Notes under the pieces: model-generated
What the model saw: only the letters and a program-made list of their open reading frames with translations
Told to the model about the DNA's origin: nothing
Databases searched by the model: none
Program-made: the position numbers and the translations under genes
Shown: positions 15,230-22,220 of the stretch, one piece after another
How the letters are laid out: each line of letters starts with the position of its first letter
How positions within the stretch are numbered: the stretch's first letter is position 1
Source: a virus
Strand: one strand, 5' to 3'
Virus record (IMG/VR): IMGVR_UViG_3300045988_167549
Location: 1-49,667 of that record
DNA length: 49,667 nt

Positions 15230-16521
15230 TTAACTCTACCTTTCCTTTCATTTCTTTTACTTTCTTTTCTTTCATTCTTAGTTTCCTTTTCTGTTGCAGC
15301 TTCTAAGAAAATTACTTTATTTTTATCTAGATCTATTGGTGTGTGAGTAAACTTAACTTCTTCTACTTCTAATTTTTTTATTTTTTGTTGTGGTTTATGT
15401 GGTTTATTTGGAACTATAATTTCTTTTACATACTTTTGTAGTATTTCATAGTTTTCATCCATTGAAGGGACTTTCACCATATCTAGCCCTTGTGAACCAA
15501 AAATTAAACATTCTCTTTCTTTAAGCTTAACTGCACCTGAATCTTCTATTATATTTTCACTATCTCTTTTAGAACGCTGTCTTAATGTTATACAGCACAT
15601 TTGTGATTTGACCTCACTATCAATATTTGCGACAGTACTTCTTTGGGTAACACTAAGGAAATGTACTCCTGCAGCTCTACCAGCTTTAACAATAGTTAAT
15701 ATATTCGTCCAACATTTATTTTTTAATTGTTTAATTTCTTCATTATCGCTTTCTTTTGCTATAAAGAATGATATTTCTTCTATTACAAAGTAAATTCTTT
15801 TTAATTTATTTTTGTTATTTTTATTGTAATGACTTAAATTTTTATAGCCTTGTGAATTAAACTTGCGGCATCTTTCATCAACTTTTTTAGCTACTTTTTC
15901 TAGCATTATGCTTACTTCTTCTAAGGTATTACCAACAAATTTTACAGGCTTACAATTAGAAAATTGCCCTATTTCTCCTTTAATAATTTGACTTATATAT
16001 AAATCTATTGTGTTGGAATTGTTGTATATTAAATTAGTTAATATGGAAGATAATAAGAATGTTTTCCCTGTCCCTGTCATTCCCCCTATAAGTATGTGTG
16101 GGTCTTTTTCTATATCTATAAAGAAATTTTTTTCACTAAAATTTTTGCCTATAAAAATCAAATTATTTGGTGATTTTACTGGAATAAAATCATAATTTTT
16201 TAATTCTTCATTAATTACTTCTATTTTAATTAAATCTGAAAATCTTATATCTTCTATTGTTACAATTCCCCTTAAAGAGCTTTCTAGGGAATCAATATGT
16301 TTTTCTAAATCTTTATAACTTTTACCTGCTGGAGATTTAACTGTTAATTCCACTCCATTTTTTATTTGCTTATTTTTTATAATTTTAAAATTAAGCTTTA
16401 AGTTGGCCATTGTTTTGTTCCATCTATAAGCAGTTATGTTTAATCTGTTTAATAAATAACTACTACCTTCCTTTGCTAAAATAACCCCACCAGTTATTAG
16501 GGATAAGCTAATTAAATCCAT
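15223..16521 (-). CDS. FtsK/SpoIIIE-family membrane DNA translocase / coupling-protein-like ATPase
   Basis: N-terminal hydrophobic segment; Walker A GGMTGTGKT; Walker-B-like YFVIEEISF; size as in Tn916 Orf21/TcpA-type proteins. Confidence 0.8.
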   Translation of the reverse strand: MDLISLSLITGGVILAKEGSSYLLNRLNITAYRWNKTMANLKLNFKIIKNKQIKNGVELTVKSPAGKSYKDLEKHIDSLESSLRGIVTIEDIRFSDLIKIEVINEELKNYDFIPVKSPNNLIFIGKNFSEKNFFIDIEKDPHILIGGMTGTGKTFLLSSILTNLIYNNSNTIDLYISQIIKGEIGQFSNCKPVKFVGNTLEEVSIMLEKVAKKVDERCRKFNSQGYKNLSHYNKNNKNKLKRIYFVIEEISFFIAKESDNEEIKQLKNKCWTNILTIVKAGRAAGVHFLSVTQRSTVANIDSEVKSQMCCITLRQRSKRDSENIIEDSGAVKLKERECLIFGSQGLDMVKVPSMDENYEILQKYVKEIIVPNKPHKPQQKIKKLEVEEVKFTHTPIDLDKNKVIFLEAATEKETKNERKESKRNERKGRVKC

Positions 16522-16615
16522 AAATACAACTCCTGAAAAAATATTTTATACTACATTCTATGCTACAGTTTATAAATAATTACATTTGGTAAAAATAAAA
16601 ATGAGGTGATAAATT

Positions 16616-17023
16616 ATGATGGGTAGAACTCATACTGCTATTGGAATAACTGTAGCAATTCCAATAATTAAATATTTAGATTTGTCTTATATTTCTATGG
16701 CTGGTGCCATTGTAGGTTCTGTGGCTCCCGATTGGGATTTATATTTAGGAATAAAACATAGAACAATTACACATAGCTTGTTATTTTTATTAATAAGTAG
16801 TGTTTTAGTTGGAATATTTAATATAGATATGGCTATATTGTGGTTTATAGCTTATGGACTACATCTTATTGCAGATAGTTTTACAAAGATGGGTGTACCT
16901 TTCTTTTATCCATTTGTTAAAAAAAAGTATGGAGCAAAGCTTATTTATGCTTCTGGAGCTGAAGATCTATTTATTTTATTAGTTGCCATCTATATAATTT
17001 CAGAAATGATAAAAATTAAATAA
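16616..17023 (+). CDS. YdjM-family (DUF457) membrane-bound metal-dependent hydrolase
   Basis: GRTHTAIG...APDWDL...HRTITHS motifs; multi-TM. Confidence 0.7.
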   Translation: MMGRTHTAIGITVAIPIIKYLDLSYISMAGAIVGSVAPDWDLYLGIKHRTITHSLLFLLISSVLVGIFNIDMAILWFIAYGLHLIADSFTKMGVPFFYPFVKKKYGAKLIYASGAEDLFILLVAIYIISEMIKIK

Positions 17024-17041
17024 ATTTAGTATTTAAAATAT

Positions 17042-17082
17042 AAAACTGCGTATTTTATCCTAAAAAACTGCGTGATTTATCC
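17042..17082. repeat. Two 19-bp direct repeats AAAACTGCGT(a/g)(t/a)TTTATCC, 22-bp period; inverted AAAACTGCG core at 17170-17178
   Basis: Read directly in a convergent intergenic region. Confidence 0.7.
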
Positions 17083-17208
17083 GAATTGCTATTAAATTAT
17101 AATGTTTGTTACTATTAAAGCTAGTAAACAAGCCATTCTTATAAAAAACTTCGCTTTTTCAGAATTGTGCGCAGTTTTATTTTTGCTTTAATAAATTAAT
17201 TATTAAAC

Positions 17209-17251
17209 GTAAAAAAAATAAAAAAGGCTAGAGAACTTAATCCCTAGCCTT
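17209..17251 (-). terminator. Terminator after the endolysin gene
   Basis: AAGGCTAG / CTAGCCTT stem; T-run on the minus strand. Confidence 0.65.
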
Positions 17252-17257
17252 AAATAA

Positions 17258-18196
17258 TTAAACTACTATTTTCTTTACTTCTTCTAACTTTAATTCTAAT
17301 TCTTCAACTCTCTTTTTAATAGCTTCTACGCTATCATCTTTGCATATCTTTCTATTTTCACAGAATCCATTTTGTAGATAGTGATCTATTCCAGATACAA
17401 ATGTTCCTTTTTTAACAGCAGCTGCAATATCTGGATTTAAATCAAGATAATCTCCTTCACAATATTCTTCTGGTATTGGTGGTAAAGCTAATCTACCTTC
17501 TTTCTTTCCATAATCAGCATAATGTTTATATGGGTTTTCTTTATAAGTTGCGTTACTTGCTATATCTGTATACCTCTTTAAATACCAATTTTTACTGAAT
17601 AAATACATAGAATAATTCATCTCCTCTTTAACTTCTTTATTATTTGTTGTAATAATATTATTATCTATCCCCTTAGCTATTGCTAAAGCTACTTTATCTG
17701 CTGTATATTTAGAAACATCATTTGTATTTCCTACAAATAAAGGCTCTATTAATATAGCAGGCATATTAGTTTTCCTTAATACTATTAATCCACTTTCCTT
17801 ATAACCAGTTCCGTATGTCCTATCAAATGTTCCTAGTTCTTTACAAATACTTTCGTTTACTTTTTTTGCATAAGATCTAGATACTGTAGAACCTGTATTG
17901 ATTATTACTTCAGTTCCATTTGCACTAGTACTATCACTGCAATTTAAATGTATCTCTACGTATAAATCAGCACCCCAACTATTTGCTTGTTCTGCTCTTA
18001 CATAGCAATCTTCATAGTTATAAGAATTAGCTTTATCAATTCTTAATAATTTTGCTTCATATCCATTTTTATTTAGTATTTCGACCAAAATAGGTGCTAT
18101 TTTTCTAGTTTCATCGCTTTCATTTAGTAACCCTACTGCACCACATCCAGCAACTCCACTTGCAGTATGTCCTACTGCTACAGCTATTTTTTTCAT
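17258..18196 (-). CDS. Endolysin: N-acetylmuramoyl-L-alanine amidase (Amidase_3-like) with a non-canonical C-terminal domain
   Basis: MKKIAVAVGHT...E...H pattern of type-3 amidases; adjacent to the holin. Confidence 0.8.
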   Translation of the reverse strand: MKKIAVAVGHTASGVAGCGAVGLLNESDETRKIAPILVEILNKNGYEAKLLRIDKANSYNYEDCYVRAEQANSWGADLYVEIHLNCSDSTSANGTEVIINTGSTVSRSYAKKVNESICKELGTFDRTYGTGYKESGLIVLRKTNMPAILIEPLFVGNTNDVSKYTADKVALAIAKGIDNNIITTNNKEVKEEMNYSMYLFSKNWYLKRYTDIASNATYKENPYKHYADYGKKEGRLALPPIPEEYCEGDYLDLNPDIAAAVKKGTFVSGIDHYLQNGFCENRKICKDDSVEAIKKRVEELELKLEEVKKIVV

Positions 18197-18250
18197 GCAA
18201 TCACTCTCCCTAAATTTTGATATAAAAAAGGACCATATAGGCCCTCATAA

Positions 18251-18535
18251 TTATTCTGATTTATTTAATTGCTTGTATGTTTGATTTACTCCAACAGCTA
18301 CTCCCCAACAAAGTATTCCATATAAAATTCCATTAACAATGGTATCTAAAGCTACTTTGTATTGAGTATTTATAATATTTAATAATACGGCTATAGTAAT
18401 TGAAAATAACATTAACAATGAAGTTATAAACTTATCTGGTACAGTTTCTAGCTTTTTAAGAAATACACCTACTACATATGTTGCAACAATAACAATAATT
18501 AAAAACTCTGGTATAAAAGTCATTAAATTTTCCAT
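18251..18535 (-). CDS. Holin (start at MENLMT)
   Basis: About 94 aa with hydrophobic helices and a charged C-terminus, between the XhlA-like and amidase genes. Confidence 0.65.
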   Translation of the reverse strand: MENLMTFIPEFLIIVIVATYVVGVFLKKLETVPDKFITSLLMLFSITIAVLLNIINTQYKVALDTIVNGILYGILCWGVAVGVNQTYKQLNKSE

Positions 18536-18537
18536 AA

Positions 18538-18828
18538 TTAACACACTCCTCTTTCTTCTTCTATTCCATCAATACGCTTATGCGCTGATTTTACACTTTC
18601 TTCATTTCTTATAATTCTCTCTTTAAGTTCTGTTACTTCTCTATCTCTAGCTTTATTATCTAGCCTTATTTCATCAACTGCCGTGGCTATATAATCTAGC
18701 TTTGCTCTGGTTTCGGCTTCTTCTCTTGTATCTGCCCTTATGTCATGTCCTTTATTTCTTTGAAATGTAGCATAACTTATAACAGCTCCTATGACTGTAC
18801 ATGCTAATGCAATGCTTATTGTTTCCAT
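18538..18828 (-). CDS. XhlA-like membrane/coiled-coil lysis-associated protein
   Basis: N-terminal TM helix plus coiled coil; first position in the lysis cassette. Confidence 0.5.
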   Translation of the reverse strand: METISIALACTVIGAVISYATFQRNKGHDIRADTREEAETRAKLDYIATAVDEIRLDNKARDREVTELKERIIRNEESVKSAHKRIDGIEEERGVC

Positions 18829-18857
18829 CTTTACACCTTCCTTTTATTTTTTGTATT

Positions 18858-18889
18858 AAAAAAGAAGCTAGATTTTACTCTAACTTCTT
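18858..18889 (-). terminator. Minus-strand terminator immediately upstream of the lysis cassette
   Basis: AAGAAGTTAG-agtaaaat-CTAGCTTCTT followed by a T-run. Confidence 0.55.
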
Positions 18890-18915
18890 ACTTTATTTGT
18901 TTATTTTAAGTTTTT

Positions 18916-18949
18916 AATGTAATACAAACGTGCAGTATTACATTTTTTT
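18916..18949 (+). terminator. Plus-strand hairpin with T-run (perfect 10-bp stem)
   Basis: AATGTAATAC-aaacgtgca-GTATTACATT then TTTTT. Confidence 0.5.
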
Positions 18950-19026
18950 GAAGTCTTTATTTGCGACGCCACTATCTCTCGTCTGCTTTTAAATTTTACG
19001 AACAATATTTATCTTGTCATTGGGTT

Positions 19027-19049
19027 GAACCGAAAGGTTCTTCTTTTTT
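19027..19049 (+). terminator. Plus-strand GNRA-capped hairpin with T-run
   Basis: GAACC-GAAA-GGTTC followed by TTCTTTTTT. Confidence 0.5.
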
Positions 19050-19169
19050 ATTTAATAAATATTCATAAAATATTTATTTGTATTTTTCATATAATATTAA
19101 TGCAATATGTACACTCATTGTGGTAAATTTTATACACATATTACATTAGACTCTGTTCTATTACCGAAA

Positions 19170-19334
19170 TTATGAATGGAGTCTATTTTTATTTGCCTCC
19201 AATTTATCTATTTCTTTATTCAATAATCTTCTAACATATTCGCTTCGGGAGATAGCAAGCTTTTCAGTTTGCTCGGTTAAAAATCTATCTTCATTGTCAG
19301 TCAATCTTACTTTTATACTCTTATCTCTAGCCAT
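19170..19334 (-). CDS. Ribbon-helix-helix protein, 54 aa (CopG/MobC-like)
   Basis: KSIKVRLTDNEDRFLTEQTEKLAISRSEYVRRLL pattern; GGGGGGA RBS; below the ORF-track length cut-off. Confidence 0.6.
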   Translation of the reverse strand: MARDKSIKVRLTDNEDRFLTEQTEKLAISRSEYVRRLLNKEIDKLEANKNRLHS

Positions 19335-19346
19335 TTTTCCCCCCTA

Positions 19347-19601
19347 CTAATCCTCTTCCGAGCACTGATAAACCATTTTATCATCTTCAAAACCTAATCT
19401 AAATATATCAGCTCTAGAAGTTTTACTAAGACGTTCTCTATGAGTGATTTCCCAATATTTCTTATATTCGACTATAGACACTACAAAAAAATCACTATTT
19501 TTCATATACTCGAAATCAACATTATCAATTCCTATTTCTTTGATATTTCTAGCAAGCTTTATAGTAGCTTCTTCTATACTTTTACTCATTTCTAAATACA
19601 T
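19347..19601 (-). CDS. Hypothetical 84-aa protein, first gene of the moron cassette
   Basis: GTGAGG RBS; own promoter upstream. Confidence 0.55.
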   Translation of the reverse strand: MYLEMSKSIEEATIKLARNIKEIGIDNVDFEYMKNSDFFVVSIVEYKKYWEITHRERLSKTSRADIFRLGFEDDKMVYQCSEED

Positions 19602-19640
19602 ATTTATTACCTCACTTTGTTTTATTTATCTTATATACTT

Positions 19641-19669
19641 ATTGTACTCCAACCGGAGTGCAATGTCAA
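19641..19669 (-). promoter_or_regulatory. Consensus promoter TTGACA, 17 nt, TACAAT with the palindrome ACTCC-ggtt-GGAGT in the spacer
   Basis: Read on the minus strand: -35 at 19669-19664, -10 at 19646-19641. Confidence 0.6.
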
Positions 19670-19785
19670 TATATATATATTATAAATAACTTTCCATATT
19701 CCTTTTTTATTTCATACTATTTTTTAATTTTTGTACTAATTTAGTATGAACGTAATAAGAAGCTTATTAAGCAATTGCGAGTTAA

Positions 19786-22083
19786 TTAACTTGTTATATT
19801 ATTTACTTCTATTATATTGTTGGTACTTGCTTCATCTATCTCTATTACATTTGAATTTCCAGTTAAAATATTTCCAGTTACAATTGAATTATCTTGATGT
19901 GCTATTCTAAATTTTGCAGTTTTTCCACTTGCAGTTGCAATAGATATATTATTTGCAATAATATTATTAGCTCCTCTTTCAGTTGGTTTGGATGGTTGAT
20001 AATTACTATCTATAGCAACCTTGTTATCTTTAAAGTAATTTCCTGTTATAGTATTTCTAAATGCTTTTTGTAACATTACCCCTACACCATTATTATAAAA
20101 ACTACATCCAGTTATTGCTACATCTCCACCAACATAAGACATTATAGCTGTATTACACTCACTAAAGCTACAACCAGTTATAGATGATCCATAAGTAGAA
20201 GCATAAGGTTTTATACCTTGTTTACATCTTTTAATTACACAGTTATTTATTACTGTTCCTTTTGAAGATTCTTCTAAGCCACCTATACCTATTTCACTAT
20301 CTACTATATAACAATTTTCAATCATCAATCCACCTACTGAATAACAATCAAATATAGCTTCACCTTTTTTTACATTATAGATATAGCAACCAATTATAGA
20401 TACCCCCTCTGTTGTAAATCCAGGGTGAATACCTTTATTTACGGCATCTTCTATAGTGCAATTTATTATACTTGTCCTTCCCATATTTTGCATTGAAATA
20501 CCATCAGCATTACTATTTCTAACAATAACATCTATAATTGTTAAACCTAAACCATTCTTATTTACTCCTGCTACTAATGGGTCTATGTGAATCGGTGAAA
20601 GTTGATAAGATTCTGGCTCACCAGTTATTTTATTACCATCACATATAAGTCTTTCTATAAAAATATTTTCTCCACAGTCATCATATCTAAGAGTTGAAAA
20701 TATAGGGAAAGTTTGACTAATAACGCCATTTATAGGCACTGCCCTAGCTAAACCCTTATTAGTTGCACTATGTCTTTTATATGCTTCTATTGTTATTGTA
20801 TTTAACGTAGTGTCTACTGCCTTTATTACTCCAACTGTATCTGAATAGCTTCCCCAATCACTTAGTCCTACATATACATCAAACCCTACTGTAAATTTAG
20901 AAGCATCAGTCACATGAATAGTTGTATCTCCTTTATTAGCTTGTTGTGTCAAGTTTTGAGTTACCGCTTGAATCTTTTTTATTACAGTGTTTGCACCGTC
21001 TCCACAAACAACCATATTTGAAAAAATTTGTATTGTTCCATGTACTAAGTATGTTCCAGATGGGAAATATAAAGGTAATCCAGTATTTCTTGATTCATCC
21101 CTTGCATTTCTTATTGCAATCGTGTCATCTGTTACACCATCACCTTTTGCACCAAAGAAGCATACATTTATAACTTTACCAATTCCACTTTCTCCACTAG
21201 TCGGGAATGTAAATAATCTACCTTCTGCATCTATCCCTACGCTTTGTGTCATAGCTGAATTTTTAGCAACAGGTTTTACCCCACCGACTTTCTCACTTGT
21301 AGCTATACCTAAATCAGAATTGTTTATCTTTTCTAAAAGTTCCGGTGCTATTTCCTTTTCACTGATACTTTCTGGTTTTATCTTTATAGAATATTGAACA
21401 TTGGAACTCATTTCTATATCTACTACTGCAATAATATCTAATAATGACATTGTAACGTTTCTTGTACTTATATATATCCTACAATATTTACCTTCTTCTT
21501 TGCTTATTTCACCACAAATATAACTATTGTTTTTCAACACTTTTACAAATGTATCATCTGCTGAATTATATTGAACAACCAATATTGTGAATTTAGTGTA
21601 TTGTTCGGGAATTATACTTAAATTAAATGTTCCATAAATCTTAGATGAAAACATTCCAGTATCTGTATCACCTTTTCCAGGTTGGATGATTCCCGTCGCC
21701 GTAATTCTCCCTAATTTCCATTCGATAGTTTCACTACTACTTTTTTCAAAAGGAATTTGCATATCGTCAAAATTATTAGTAAAATCATTAACATTTCTGA
21801 ATTGCTCTCTTATTGCACTACCAATATTATCATAAGTAACCCCATTTGCTCCAATTCTACCATCTATTAATTCAGCATCACCAGTTGTACTACCTTCTTC
21901 TAATTTAGTAAAGCTATTTATTCTCTCGTTTAAATTGTGAACATTATTATCCAAGTCCGAATCTATTTTTTTAATAGCAGTATGTGCCTCTTCAATTCCT
22001 GCTTCAATGTTATCTAAAAATTGCTCCTTTATAACCTCTCCTGTCTGCCAATCTTTTCTTCTAAAATTAAGATTAACTGCCAT
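19786..22083 (-). CDS. Tailspike/tail fibre with right-handed beta-helix (pectate-lyase-like) depolymerase domain
   Basis: FGAKGDGVTDDTIAI...FPSGTYLV motif followed by repetitive beta-helix-like Gly/Asn/Ile-rich turns. Confidence 0.8.
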   Translation of the reverse strand: MAVNLNFRRKDWQTGEVIKEQFLDNIEAGIEEAHTAIKKIDSDLDNNVHNLNERINSFTKLEEGSTTGDAELIDGRIGANGVTYDNIGSAIREQFRNVNDFTNNFDDMQIPFEKSSSETIEWKLGRITATGIIQPGKGDTDTGMFSSKIYGTFNLSIIPEQYTKFTILVVQYNSADDTFVKVLKNNSYICGEISKEEGKYCRIYISTRNVTMSLLDIIAVVDIEMSSNVQYSIKIKPESISEKEIAPELLEKINNSDLGIATSEKVGGVKPVAKNSAMTQSVGIDAEGRLFTFPTSGESGIGKVINVCFFGAKGDGVTDDTIAIRNARDESRNTGLPLYFPSGTYLVHGTIQIFSNMVVCGDGANTVIKKIQAVTQNLTQQANKGDTTIHVTDASKFTVGFDVYVGLSDWGSYSDTVGVIKAVDTTLNTITIEAYKRHSATNKGLARAVPINGVISQTFPIFSTLRYDDCGENIFIERLICDGNKITGEPESYQLSPIHIDPLVAGVNKNGLGLTIIDVIVRNSNADGISMQNMGRTSIINCTIEDAVNKGIHPGFTTEGVSIIGCYIYNVKKGEAIFDCYSVGGLMIENCYIVDSEIGIGGLEESSKGTVINNCVIKRCKQGIKPYASTYGSSITGCSFSECNTAIMSYVGGDVAITGCSFYNNGVGVMLQKAFRNTITGNYFKDNKVAIDSNYQPSKPTERGANNIIANNISIATASGKTAKFRIAHQDNSIVTGNILTGNSNVIEIDEASTNNIIEVNNITS

Positions 22084-22220
22084 TAAACTTCCTCCTCTAT
22101 ATAAGTATCATTAATATCAAGTGTAATTAAAATTGGTTTAATTTTTATTCGGGATTACTTCCCCTTTGTTAATTATTAAGCCAAAAGTATTAGATATAAC
22201 TTTTTAACCACGAATGCCTC

